A DNA stretch of 64,000 bases from an uncultured beta proteobacterium. Its GTDB lineage: Bacteria; Pseudomonadota; Gammaproteobacteria; Burkholderiales; Casimicrobiaceae. The stretch spans positions 46,713 through 110,712 of the forward strand of contig CAVZTS010000013.1 in NCBI GenBank assembly GCA_963778275.1, read 5' to 3'. Each line of letters opens with the position of its first letter. The first letter of the stretch is position 1. Made by a program: the position numbers and the translations under genes. The notes beneath the pieces were generated by a model. That model saw only the letters and a program-made list of their open reading frames with translations. It was not told where the DNA came from and ran no database searches. Below are positions 1-8,559 of this stretch, in pieces.

Positions 1-2
1 TT

Positions 3-275
3 CCGCGCTGCGACCAGCAGTTCAATCACCTCATCGACAAGCGCGAGCGGCTGTTTCAGGAACTGGCGCGGCTCGACGCCGCGGCGGGCTCCAGCGTGAC
101 CGCCCGGGATGGCGCGGCAGGGCTCGCTGCGTTCATCGACTCGTGCGGGTGCCTCGACGCCGAGGGCAAGGTTCGGTTCAAGGCCGCCTTGAGCGAAGCG
201 CTCGCCGCGCCGTCCTCCATCGCGCCCCAGGAAATGTCTGCCGCGGCCGGCCGGGCGCGCCGCGCAGGGCGCTAG
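3..275 (+). CDS. C-terminal end of an unidentified protein (gene starts upstream of the window)
   Basis: Frame is open from the window edge to TAG 273-275, with G/C-dominated third codon positions. The tail ...[19 protein letters not shown]...[20 protein letters not shown]... is not assignable to a family by eye. Confidence 0.3.
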   Translation, partial: PRCDQQFNHLIDKRERLFQELARLDAAAGSSVTARDGAAGLAAFIDSCGCLDAEGKVRFKAALSEALAAPSSIAPQEMSAAAGRARRAGR

Positions 276-311
276 ACGAGCGCGGCACGCGCGCTGCCGC
301 CGAGAATTGTC

Positions 312-1364
312 ATGGCCTCAACATCGGACACGATCGACCTGCGCTCGGACACCGTCACGCGCCCGACCGCGGCGATGCGCTCGGCCATCGCCGCGGCCCC
401 GGTCGGCGACGACCAGTACGGCGAGGATCCGACGGCCAACGCGCTGCAGGGGCGAGTGGCCGGGCTGCTGGGGAAGGAAGCGGCGCTGTTCCTGCCGTCC
501 GGAACGATGGCCAACCAGGTGGCCCTGCGCGTGCTGACGCGGCCCGGCGACGACGTGATCGTCAGCCGCGAAAGCCACGTCGCGTGGCACGAGACGGGCG
601 CGGCAGCGGCCAACGCGGGGGTGCAGTTCACGGAAATCGGCGCGCGCGGCGTGTTCACCGCCGCGGAATTCAGCGCAGCCTGCAAGCCGCGCGGCCACGT
701 CGTCTATCCGCCGACAACGCTGGTCGAGATCGAGAATACGCACAACCGTGCGGGCGGCGTGATTTTTCCGCAGGCAGAAGCGGCACGCGTCTGCGCTGCG
801 GCGCGGGAGCGGGAGATTGCGACCTTCCTCGATGGAGCGCGACTGTGGAACGTCGCCGTCGCGACCGGCGCTGCGCCGGCTGAGCTCGCCGCACCTTTCG
901 ATCTGGTCGCCGTGGCGCTCTCCAAGGGCCTCGGGGCTCCGGCCGGTGCGCTGCTCGCGGGATCACGCGTGCTCATCGAGCGTGCTTTGCGCTACCGGCG
1001 GATGGCCGGCGGCGCCATGCGCCAGGTCGGCCTTCTCGCCGCCGCCGGGCTGTACGCGCTCGACCGGCACATGCAGCGCTTGGCCGAAGATCACGCCAAC
1101 GCACGCCTGATCGCCGAGCGGCTCGCCGCCTGCGAACGCATCCACATCGATCTCGCGACGGCGCAGACGAACATCCTGGTCTTCGAACTTGCTCACGACG
1201 CGCCCGACGCGCCGACGGTCGTTGCGCGCGCCCGCGAGCGCGGGCTGCTCATCTTCGCCTTCGGTCCGCGCACGGTGCGCGCGGTCACCCACCTCGACGT
1301 CACGCGCGCGCAATGCGTGCGCGCGGCGGAGATCCTGGTGGAGAGCGTCGAATCCGACCGCTGA
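312..1364 (+). CDS. ltaE: Low-specificity L-threonine aldolase (PLP-dependent)
   Basis: 350-aa [47 protein letters not shown] and LSKGLGAP are characteristic of the threonine aldolase family. Confidence 0.85.
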   Translation: MASTSDTIDLRSDTVTRPTAAMRSAIAAAPVGDDQYGEDPTANALQGRVAGLLGKEAALFLPSGTMANQVALRVLTRPGDDVIVSRESHVAWHETGAAAANAGVQFTEIGARGVFTAAEFSAACKPRGHVVYPPTTLVEIENTHNRAGGVIFPQAEAARVCAAAREREIATFLDGARLWNVAVATGAAPAELAAPFDLVAVALSKGLGAPAGALLAGSRVLIERALRYRRMAGGAMRQVGLLAAAGLYALDRHMQRLAEDHANARLIAERLAACERIHIDLATAQTNILVFELAHDAPDAPTVVARARERGLLIFAFGPRTVRAVTHLDVTRAQCVRAAEILVESVESDR

Positions 1365-1453
1365 TGTCGCCGCCCGAAGAACGTGGACGGTCACGCGGCA
1401 ACCCCGCCGCCGTGCGCGGCGCAATGTCGGCGAACCGGTCCGGCGACCGCGTG

Positions 1454-2464
1454 CTATTCGGCGTAGTACACCGCGAAGTCGCCCGCTGGGTCCTGCCAGA
1501 CGGCGATCTCGGAAAATCCCGCGCGCCGCAGGAGCGCCGCGAACTCCTGCGGCGTGTACTTGTAGGAATTCTCGGTGTGGATGCGCTCGCCCGCGGCGAA
1601 CACGCGCTCGCGCCCGGAAATGGTGACCCGCTGCGCGCGGGTCGCCTCGAGATGCATCTCGACGCGACTCGCGTTGGCGTTGTAGAACGCGACATGGGCA
1701 AACGCCGCCGGGTCAAAGTCGCTGCCCAGCAGCGCATTGACGTGATTGAGGACGTTGCGATTGAACGCCGCGGTCACGCCGAGCGCGTCGTCGTAGGCGG
1801 CGGCGAGCCGCGCGGCCTCCTTGGGCGTGTCGACGCCGATCAGCAGGCCGCCGCGCCGGAAGCACAGGTCGCGCAACTGCGCGAGCAGATTGAGCGCCTC
1901 GTCGGGCGTGAAATTGCCGATGCTGGACCCCGGATAGAAGAACGTCGCGGCGCCGTGGTCGAGGTCGGCAGCCAGGTCGAGCGTGCGCGAAAAATCCGTG
2001 ATGACGCCGCAGAATTCGACTTCCGGATGGGCCAGCGCCAGACGCGCCAGCGCCGGTTCGACCGCCGCCGCGGCGATGTCGACGGCGATGAAGCGCCGTG
2101 GCTGCAACGCGGCGATCCAGGACTCGCCCTTCGCGCAGTTGCCCGCGCCGAGATCGACGAATTGGCGGTTCTGACCGACGCGAGCCGCGATGGTGTCGCG
2201 ATTCGCCGCATAGATCCCGCGCTCGGTGCGGGTCAGGTAATACTCGGGCAGTTCGCAGATCGCATCGAACAGCGCGCAACCCAGCGGATCATAGAAGTAT
2301 TTCGGCGGAATCGCCGCCGCCACGGAGAACAGGCCGTCGACCAGCGCCGCCCGTTCCGTTCGCGCCTGCAGGCGCAACGGGCCGGACATCCGGTTGATCA
2401 GACGGAAGCCGCGCGGCGTGACTCGCTCGGCAGTTCGGTACGGAACCGCAGCCCGTTGCGCCAT
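1454..2464 (-). CDS. EgtD-family SAM-dependent histidine N-alpha-methyltransferase-like protein
   Basis: Track ORF is 1454..2596. I place the start at ATG 2464 (MAQRAAV). Supporting motifs: PPKYFYDPLGCALFDAICELPEYYLTRTE, VDLGAGNCAKG, FYPGSSIGNF, ENSYKY. No EgtB-like partner is nearby. Confidence 0.75.
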   Translation of the reverse strand: MAQRAAVPYRTAERVTPRGFRLINRMSGPLRLQARTERAALVDGLFSVAAAIPPKYFYDPLGCALFDAICELPEYYLTRTERGIYAANRDTIAARVGQNRQFVDLGAGNCAKGESWIAALQPRRFIAVDIAAAAVEPALARLALAHPEVEFCGVITDFSRTLDLAADLDHGAATFFYPGSSIGNFTPDEALNLLAQLRDLCFRRGGLLIGVDTPKEAARLAAAYDDALGVTAAFNRNVLNHVNALLGSDFDPAAFAHVAFYNANASRVEMHLEATRAQRVTISGRERVFAAGERIHTENSYKYTPQEFAALLRRAGFSEIAVWQDPAGDFAVYYAE

Positions 2465-2601
2465 TACCCACCCTCCCCGGCCCTGAATGATAACCGCAGC
2501 CGCCGTTGCCAGGATAACCGTCGCACCGGCGTTGAAAAACTTACAATGCTGACCACCGTCAACGTCCTCGCCGCGCCTTTGAACCTGCCTGCGCAAATCC
2601 C

Positions 2602-4245
2602 GTGCCCGCCTCTCCTACACCTGGCGTAGGTTCGCCGCTCGACGGGCGTCTCGGCCTGTTTGCCGGACAGGACTTTCGTCTTACGACGGGCCGCTGCAGC
2701 GATTGCGCGGCCATTCCCCAGGCGCTGTGGTACTTCACCGACGAAACGATCGCCGCGCCGCGGGTCGGCGTGCCCGTTGCCGGCTTCGCGCGCGGTCTCA
2801 CCGCGCAGCAGGATCTGCAGCGCTGGGCGGCGCTGCACGACGCCGCGGCACCGCTCGAAGCGCCGCCGCTGGTTTGGATCGGCGCACCGGAAATCATCCG
2901 TCACGCCAGGCTCGCCGTCGATGGCGCAACGCTGACGACCGGCACCGGGCAGTGGCAATTCGCCACCGTGCCGAAGATTCCGCTCAATCGTTCCTACTAC
3001 GACCGCGCATCGATCGCCTATCTTGCGGCTCGGCCGTTGACCGTGCGCGGGAGCCTGCAGGACGGCATGTTCATCGCGCGCACGATCTGGCCCGAGGATT
3101 TTAGGCTGGATATCAACGCCGCGTTACAACGTGTTGACGCCACGCCCGCGGCGGTGCAGGCGCTGGTGCGCGCGGAGCCGCATGGCGGCGCGCACAGCCC
3201 ATTCGCCGCGTTTCCGATTTGGGAACGCGCGCCCGGGAGCGCGCGAAGCTGGGACAACGCACCGGTTCTCGCCGCGATGCTCAACGGCGCGCAAAGTGAC
3301 GACGACGAAGCGCTCGCCGGACACTTCGCGCTGGTCGCCGGGCGCATGAGCGGAACGGCCGATCCGGGGGGCCCGGGGGCGATCGGCGACTGGCTGGCCA
3401 GCAATTTCTACACGCTCGACTACGAAAGCGAAAAGGGCATCATCGCGGCGATGCTGCCGCTGGACAATTACCTGGCCGACCTCAACAGCGGACAAGCGTG
3501 GTATCGGCCATCGTACCTGCTCGTCGCGGTGCTCAAGAGCGAGCGTGTCGCAAGCCTCGTGCAGGGCGCGCTCTCGCGCATGTACAACCAGTTCTACCGG
3601 CACCAACTCGTCTACGATCACCCGACGATGAACTGCACCAGCATCAGCATCGACCTGCTGCGCACGCTCGGCTGGAACATACCGGCACGCGGCGCCACCA
3701 GCTGGGGGGCGGCGATGGTGGCTCCGCCGTACATTGCCCTGCGTGACCGCAGCCTGGCCAAGGCCGCGCACAGCTTCGACTATCTGACGGAGGACCGGAC
3801 GCGGCTGTTTCCCGCGGCGGCGTTCGAGGAGCTTGGCACGGATCTGCTGCGGCTGGCGACGGGACGGCGCGCGCGCGCGTTGACGCCGCTCGAAGCCATG
3901 CTCGCGGCGGACATTGAAGCTCTGGTGTTCGTGCGCCTGCCGCAACTGCCGTCGTCGCGAGTGTGGGGAAATTTTCCCGTTGCGTCGGCGTGGGAGTACC
4001 GGGAGCGCTATCCGCGCGATCGCGCGCTGGCAAAGATCATTCCGGTGCCGCCGCGACCGTTTCCGGAGCGCTTGCGCGATGCAGACCTGCTGCCGCCACC
4101 GCGCCACCGCGCCGACATCGCCCTCGCCGTCTGGGCGGTATTGTCCGTGGTGGGCATCCCGTGGCTGCTCCTGCGCTGGTGGCGCGGGCGACGCCGCAAC
4201 GCGCCGCAGCCGCGTACGCTCAGTAAATCTCGTATTCCAGGGTGA
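2602..4245 (+). CDS. Hypothetical 547-aa protein with a C-terminal membrane anchor
   Basis: Long intact ORF with genome-typical codon bias. C-terminal hydrophobic helix IALAVWAVLSVVGIPWLLL followed by RWWRGRRR. The central segment GHFALVAGR...YRPSYLLV...YRHQLVYDHPTMNCTSISIDLLRTLGW vaguely recalls the DUF4105/Lnb-type motif order. The start codon is uncertain. Confidence 0.6.
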   Translation: MPASPTPGVGSPLDGRLGLFAGQDFRLTTGRCSDCAAIPQALWYFTDETIAAPRVGVPVAGFARGLTAQQDLQRWAALHDAAAPLEAPPLVWIGAPEIIRHARLAVDGATLTTGTGQWQFATVPKIPLNRSYYDRASIAYLAARPLTVRGSLQDGMFIARTIWPEDFRLDINAALQRVDATPAAVQALVRAEPHGGAHSPFAAFPIWERAPGSARSWDNAPVLAAMLNGAQSDDDEALAGHFALVAGRMSGTADPGGPGAIGDWLASNFYTLDYESEKGIIAAMLPLDNYLADLNSGQAWYRPSYLLVAVLKSERVASLVQGALSRMYNQFYRHQLVYDHPTMNCTSISIDLLRTLGWNIPARGATSWGAAMVAPPYIALRDRSLAKAAHSFDYLTEDRTRLFPAAAFEELGTDLLRLATGRRARALTPLEAMLAADIEALVFVRLPQLPSSRVWGNFPVASAWEYRERYPRDRALAKIIPVPPRPFPERLRDADLLPPPRHRADIALAVWAVLSVVGIPWLLLRWWRGRRRNAPQPRTLSKSRIPG

Positions 4246-4984
4246 AGCGCACGGTCGTGTCGGGCGAATTGCGATTGACCCCGAACAGGAGCGCCGCGTC
4301 GAACTTGACCTTGTTGCGCCCGCCGATGACGGCCTGGCTGAAAAACGCCGGGCCGAGCTTGTGCTGGGCCGGCGATCCGTCGCCGGTCGAACCGAGCGTG
4401 CCGAAGCCCTGCAGCCCGGGCTCGAAGCGGGGGTTGCCGCGCAACTTCACCTGCCAGGAGTAGTCGTATTCGTTGCCCTGGCCCGTCTGGCCCCCGAGTG
4501 CACGAACGAAAAACACGTCGACGTTGCCCTGGACGGGTCCGAGTTCCTTCTGCAACATCGGCCCGATGGTCACCGAGCTCCCGCCAGCGCCGTAGTCGCG
4601 TGCCAACTCCGCGAACAGGCCCAGGTCGAGCCAATATTCTCCCGGCTCGGTCAGGGCGAAGATGTTCTCCCACTCGACCTCGTCCAGGTGGGTGGAGCGA
4701 CCGGGGAACTGCGTCCCGCCGACGGCCAGCTCGCTCTTCCACCAGGGCGTCAAGCCATAGGCGATCTCGCCGACCAATTGTCGCTCGCGATCAGCCTCGT
4801 TGCCGTGCCACACCTGATAGCCGCCGCCGAGCTCGAATTCGATCTCGCCCTGCACCACGGTCGGAAGATAGACCTTGGCCGCGGGGTCGGCCGCGGCGCG
4901 ACCGGGTTGCAGGCACAGGAAGAAAGCGAACGCGCCGCTCGCGCTCAGCGCGCGCCAGGCACTTTTCTTCGAGGTTTGCCCCAT
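4220..4984 (-). CDS. Outer-membrane beta-barrel protein (family not recognised)
   Basis: Signal peptide (AFAFFLCLQPGRAAA), alternating beta-strand pattern throughout, and a terminal ...RFTLEYEIY aromatic end. The start overlaps the FTR1 gene end by about 40 nt on the same strand. Confidence 0.65.
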   Translation of the reverse strand: MGQTSKKSAWRALSASGAFAFFLCLQPGRAAADPAAKVYLPTVVQGEIEFELGGGYQVWHGNEADRERQLVGEIAYGLTPWWKSELAVGGTQFPGRSTHLDEVEWENIFALTEPGEYWLDLGLFAELARDYGAGGSSVTIGPMLQKELGPVQGNVDVFFVRALGGQTGQGNEYDYSWQVKLRGNPRFEPGLQGFGTLGSTGDGSPAQHKLGPAFFSQAVIGGRNKVKFDAALLFGVNRNSPDTTVRFTLEYEIY

Positions 4985-5769
4985 AGCCTCATTCCGAGCA
5001 CGATCAGCGTCCCGGTCACGATGTAAAACAGTACCTGGACACCTGCCGGACGCGCGTCATAGCCGATCAGCGCATGCAGCGTCTGGCCGAGCAACGAGCG
5101 CTCGGAAAGCAGCCCCGACGTATCCCACAGCCGCGGACCGAGCGACGGCAGCAAGTCCGCCTGCACCAGAAAGCGCGCCGCCTGCGAGGCCATTCCGGCC
5201 GCCAGCAGGAGCAGCAGCCAGTTCGTGGCGGTGAAGAAGTGCCGCACCGGGATGCGCAGCAGCCCGAAGTAAAGGGCGAGCCCGGTCGCGAAGCCGCCGG
5301 TCACGCCGAGCGCGATACCGCCGGCAATGTCCACCCAGTCTGACCCGCCCGCCGCCCGGGCAAACAGGAACAGCACCACTTCGGAGCCTTCCCGCAGCAC
5401 CGCGAGGGCAACCACGAGCAGGAGCGCCGTCAGCGGGCGACGCCCGACCGACACCTCGGAGCCCAGTGCCTGGAGCTGCAGGGCAAGTTCCCGGCCGTGG
5501 GTCGCCATCCATATCGCGTGCCAGGCGATCATGACGACCGCGGCGAAGAGCACGCTGGCGTTGAACAATTCCTGCCCCATGCCCGCGGCGGCATCGGCGA
5601 TAACGCCGGCCGAGAGGGCGACCGCAACCGCGCCCAGCACGCCGGCGGCGACACCGGTGCCGATCCACCGACTGCGCGCCGGCACGCCGCGCGTGGCCGC
5701 AAACACGACGCTGACGACGAGCGCCGCTTCGAGCACCTCGCGGAAGACCAGTATCGCAATGGCGAGCAC
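4945..5769 (-). CDS. FTR1-family high-affinity iron permease
   Basis: Two REXXE-type motifs (REVLEA, REGSEV) in a multi-TM protein. I place the start at GTG 5769, preceded by GGAGG. The upstream part of track ORF 4945..6186 is out-of-gene read-through. Confidence 0.8.
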   Translation of the reverse strand: MLAIAILVFREVLEAALVVSVVFAATRGVPARSRWIGTGVAAGVLGAVAVALSAGVIADAAAGMGQELFNASVLFAAVVMIAWHAIWMATHGRELALQLQALGSEVSVGRRPLTALLLVVALAVLREGSEVVLFLFARAAGGSDWVDIAGGIALGVTGGFATGLALYFGLLRIPVRHFFTATNWLLLLLAAGMASQAARFLVQADLLPSLGPRLWDTSGLLSERSLLGQTLHALIGYDARPAGVQVLFYIVTGTLIVLGMRLWGKPRRKVPGAR

Positions 5770-5780
5770 GCTGAAGCCTC

Positions 5781-6119
5781 CTATTTCGCGATCAGCACAC
5801 CGTTGGCGCTGTCCTTGTGGAAATCGCCGAAGAATGGATAGCGGCCGGGCTCGAGCGGGCCGACGAAGATCGTGATCTGCGCCTTCGGCGGGACGACCTT
5901 CTCGCGATTGAGCTCGTAGCTTTCGAACTCCTCCGCGGTCGCGTCCTGGTTGTCGATCAGAAGCTTGATCTTCGTCCCTGCAGGGACCGTGATCTCCGCG
6001 GGCACGAATTGGTGGTCGCGGACGACCAGGCGCACGGTGGCATCGTCCGCCCATGCCAGGCCGGTGCCGGCCAGAAGGCCGCACATAGTCACTGCCACCG
6101 CCAGGATGCTGGATTTCAA
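5781..6119 (-). CDS. Periplasmic cupredoxin-like protein (FtrB-like) coupled to the FTR1 permease
   Basis: 112 aa with a signal peptide. The RLVVRDHQFVPAEITVPAGTKIKLLIDNQD...YPFFGDFH pattern is typical of cupredoxin-fold partners of FTR1 permeases. Confidence 0.7.
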   Translation of the reverse strand: MKSSILAVAVTMCGLLAGTGLAWADDATVRLVVRDHQFVPAEITVPAGTKIKLLIDNQDATAEEFESYELNREKVVPPKAQITIFVGPLEPGRYPFFGDFHKDSANGVLIAK

Positions 6120-6133
6120 GGTGCCCCCAGAAA

Positions 6134-6160
6134 CTAATAGTAATAGTAATCGTTCTCATT
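6134..6160 (-). promoter_or_regulatory. Candidate Fur box upstream of the cupredoxin-FTR1 operon
   Basis: An AT-rich island in GC-rich DNA: ctaatagtaatagtaatcgttctcatt. The core AGTAATAGTAATCGTTCTC matches 13 of 19 positions of GATAATGATAATCATTATC by my alignment. It lies about 20 nt upstream of the ATG at 6119. Confidence 0.55.
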
Positions 6161-6282
6161 AATGAATGCAAGGCCTCGACCCCCAAGCTTCGGCCCCCGA
6201 TGGGCGCGTGGGCTGTGGCCCGAAGAGAGGCTCCGCGCGATTCGCCGCTGCAGTGCCACCCGGGTGGCCGTCGCGCTACGAG

Positions 6283-7854
6283 CTAACGCCTAGCGCCGTC
6301 GCGTTTTGATCGCGAGGACATCGTAGAGAGCCAACGCGACCACTTCGGTCGCCTTGTGCAAATCGTCGAGCGCGAGGTTCTCGTCCGCGCGGTGTCCGTT
6401 GGCCTCGGCGAGCGTGCGCGGGCCGGCGCCGTAAAGAACCGTCGGCACGCCGGCGGAACTGTAGTGCCGGGCATCGGTGTAAGCGGCAGCCGACGCGGCG
6501 ATTTCCTCGCCAGCACGTCCCGCGATCCTCGAGCTGCGCCAGGAACTCGACTGCCTGCGCACGCCGTCCGGCAAGGAACGAGCGCAGCGCCGCCGGGGTC
6601 AGGCAGGCCTGGCTCACTGGCGCGCCGGAAATTTTCGATGAAACGCAGGAACACGCGCGCAGCGCGGTCCGCGTCCGCCTCCGCAATCGCCTCGGCCGGG
6701 TTGTGGCTCACGCCGCCCTTGCAGCGCACGAACAGCATGCCGATGTCGGCAACGGCGATCATCGCCATGCCATCGTGGCCCGCGCCCGAAGGCAGCCGGC
6801 GGGCGCGCAGGCCCTCGGCTTCGATCGCGGCCGCCAGCTGCTCCTGCAGCCATGGGGCGCAGGCGGCGGTCTTCGCATCCCACACCGGCTCGATTGCGAT
6901 TCCAACCCGCCGCCGGCGCGCGATATCGGCGAATGCGCCGCGGATCGCGCCGATCGCGCGCTCCCTCTGCGCGTCGGTGGGCGCGCGCACATCGAGCGAG
7001 AAGCGGACGCGGCCCGGAATCACGTTGATCGCGCCGGGGAGCACCTCGATCTTGCCAACGGTGCCGACCAGTTCGTGTTCGCTCCCGGCAAGAAGCTCGA
7101 CCGCGAGCACGCATTCTGCGGCGGCGGCGAGCGCATCGCGGCGCAGGCGCATCGGCACGGTGCCGGCATGACCGGCCACTCCGGAGAGCTCGATCGCAAA
7201 GCGGTTGCCGCCGTTGATGGCGGTGACCACACCGACGGGCAATCCCTCGTCTTCGAGTACCGGCCCCTGTTCGATGTGCAGCTCGACATAGGCGAGCAGC
7301 TCCGGGCGCGCTCGTGCCGCGGCGCCGATCGCGTCCGGATCGAGGCCGAACTCGCGCAGCGCGTCGCGCATGCGCTTGCCTTCGGCGTCGGCACGATCGA
7401 GGTTGGCCCTGTCAAACGTGCCCGCAACCGCCCGGCTGCCCAGAAGCGTGGCGTTGAAGCGCACGCCTTCCTCGTCGGCGAAGCCAACGACTTCCACAGC
7501 GAACGGCAGGCGCAGCTGGCGTGCCGAAAGGCTCGCGACGCATTCGATGGCACTGATCACGCCGAGCATGCCGTCGTAGCGGCCCGCGTCGCGAACGGTG
7601 TCGAGGTGGGAACCGAGCAGCAAACAGGGCAGGCCGGGCCGCTGGCCCTCGTAGCGGCCGACAACGTTGCCGGCCGCATCGAGCCGCGCGTTCAGGCCGG
7701 CCTCTTGCATCCATCCCAACACCAGCGCGTTTGCCGCCCGCTGCTCCGGCGACAGGTAGACGCGCGTCAGGCCGTCGGCTTGTTCCGAACAACGTGCGAG
7801 CGCGTCGCAGCGTTCGAGAATGCGCTTCGCGGAAGGCAGGGCCGAGGAGCTCAC
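6283..7854 (-). CDS. M20-family Zn-dependent amidohydrolase (allantoate amidohydrolase / N-carbamoyl-amino-acid hydrolase type) with an abnormal C-terminal read-through
   Basis: Supporting motifs: LLGSHLDTVRDAGRYDGMLGV, VVGFADEEGVRF, YVELHIEQGPVLE, GVAGHAGTVPM, SGAGHDGM. Start chosen at GTG 7854 (VSSSALPSAKRILE). Family similarity ends near ...RVFLRFIENF (about 6625), but the frame stays open for roughly 110 more codons into a neighbouring gene remnant. Confidence 0.75.
   Translation of the reverse strand: MSSSALPSAKRILERCDALARCSEQADGLTRVYLSPEQRAANALVLGWMQEAGLNARLDAAGNVVGRYEGQRPGLPCLLLGSHLDTVRDAGRYDGMLGVISAIECVASLSARQLRLPFAVEVVGFADEEGVRFNATLLGSRAVAGTFDRANLDRADAEGKRMRDALREFGLDPDAIGAAARARPELLAYVELHIEQGPVLEDEGLPVGVVTAINGGNRFAIELSGVAGHAGTVPMRLRRDALAAAAECVLAVELLAGSEHELVGTVGKIEVLPGAINVIPGRVRFSLDVRAPTDAQRERAIGAIRGAFADIARRRRVGIAIEPVWDAKTAACAPWLQEQLAAAIEAEGLRARRLPSGAGHDGMAMIAVADIGMLFVRCKGGVSHNPAEAIAEADADRAARVFLRFIENFRRASEPGLPDPGGAALVPCRTACAGSRVPGAARGSRDVLARKSPRRLPLTPMPGTTVPPACRRFFTAPARARSPRPTDTARTRTSRSTICTRRPKWSRWLSTMSSRSKRDGARR
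6290..6617 (-). pseudogene. Remnant of an ArgE/DapE-like M20 peptidase gene with the interior deleted
   Basis: GTG 6617 opens VSQACLTPAALRSFLAGRRAQAVEFLAQLEDRG, which looks like a typical N-terminus. From about 6525, in another frame, comes ...AYTDARHYSSAGVPTVLYGAGPRTLAEANGHRADENLALDDLHKATEVVALALYDVLA, a typical C-terminus (track ORF 6290..6574). About 300 residues of catalytic core are absent. Confidence 0.6.
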
Positions 7855-7970
7855 GGGTTCGAAGTTGGGCGCGATCAGGATGCGGCCGCGGCGCCGAAAA
7901 CCTTGCCATGGTGCCAGAGACCCGCGCGGCCCGGGAATAAACCGGGCGCCAGGCCCGGTATGATGCATGC

Positions 7971-8519
7971 ATGAGCGCCGCGAGGCAGGCAGGCCCCACC
8001 CGATTCGAGCAGGTCGTGTTGCCGCAGCTCGATGCGGCGTACAACCTTGCGCGCTGGCTCACCCGGAGCAGCAACGACGCCGAGGACGTCGTGCAGGATG
8101 CCTGCGAACGCGCGCTCAAGTACTTCGGCGCATTTCACGGCGGCGAACCCAAGGCGTGGTTTCTTACGATCGTCCGACATGCTGCTTACGACTGGATCAA
8201 GCGCAATCGCCCTGCGGAGTTCGTGCCGGACGGCACCGAGGCGGTCGAAAGCGCGCCCGATACGGCAATGCCAACGCCGGAGCAGGCGCTCCTGCGCAAA
8301 GCCTCGGGCGCGGCGCTGGGAGAGGCGATTGCGGAGCTGCCGTTGGGTTATCGCGAGGTGCTGATCCTGCGCGAGCTCGAGGAAATGTCGTATCGCGACA
8401 TCGCACGGGTGGCCGACATTCCGATCGGCACGGTGATGTCGCGGCTCGCCCGGGCACGCGCCGTGCTCCAGCGCTCGCCGCTGCTCGTTGCCATCCGCGA
8501 GCGCTCCGGGGGCGCCTAG
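7971..8519 (+). CDS. ECF (sigma-70 family, group 4) RNA polymerase sigma factor
   Basis: Region 2 (AEDVVQDACERALKYF...FLTIVRHAAYDWIKR) and region 4 (LPLGYREVLILRELEEMSYRDIARVADIPIGTVMSRLARAR). Confidence 0.85.
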   Translation: MSAARQAGPTRFEQVVLPQLDAAYNLARWLTRSSNDAEDVVQDACERALKYFGAFHGGEPKAWFLTIVRHAAYDWIKRNRPAEFVPDGTEAVESAPDTAMPTPEQALLRKASGAALGEAIAELPLGYREVLILRELEEMSYRDIARVADIPIGTVMSRLARARAVLQRSPLLVAIRERSGGA

Positions 8520-8559
8520 CGAGAGACGCGATGACGATGCCTGCCCAGCGAGACTGCCT

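Noticed and set aside
6139-6150. taatag-taatag tandem, considered as a microsatellite
   Set aside because: There are only about 2.5 copies, and the tandem forms part of the Fur-box-like AT-rich element. It is better explained as a regulatory site.
7860-7970. Possible ECF-type (GGAAT...CGT) or TATGAT promoter upstream of the sigma factor gene
   Set aside because: Spacing does not fit ECF consensus architecture, and the TATGAT box would leave only a 5-7 nt leader without a ribosome-binding site. There is not enough support to call it.
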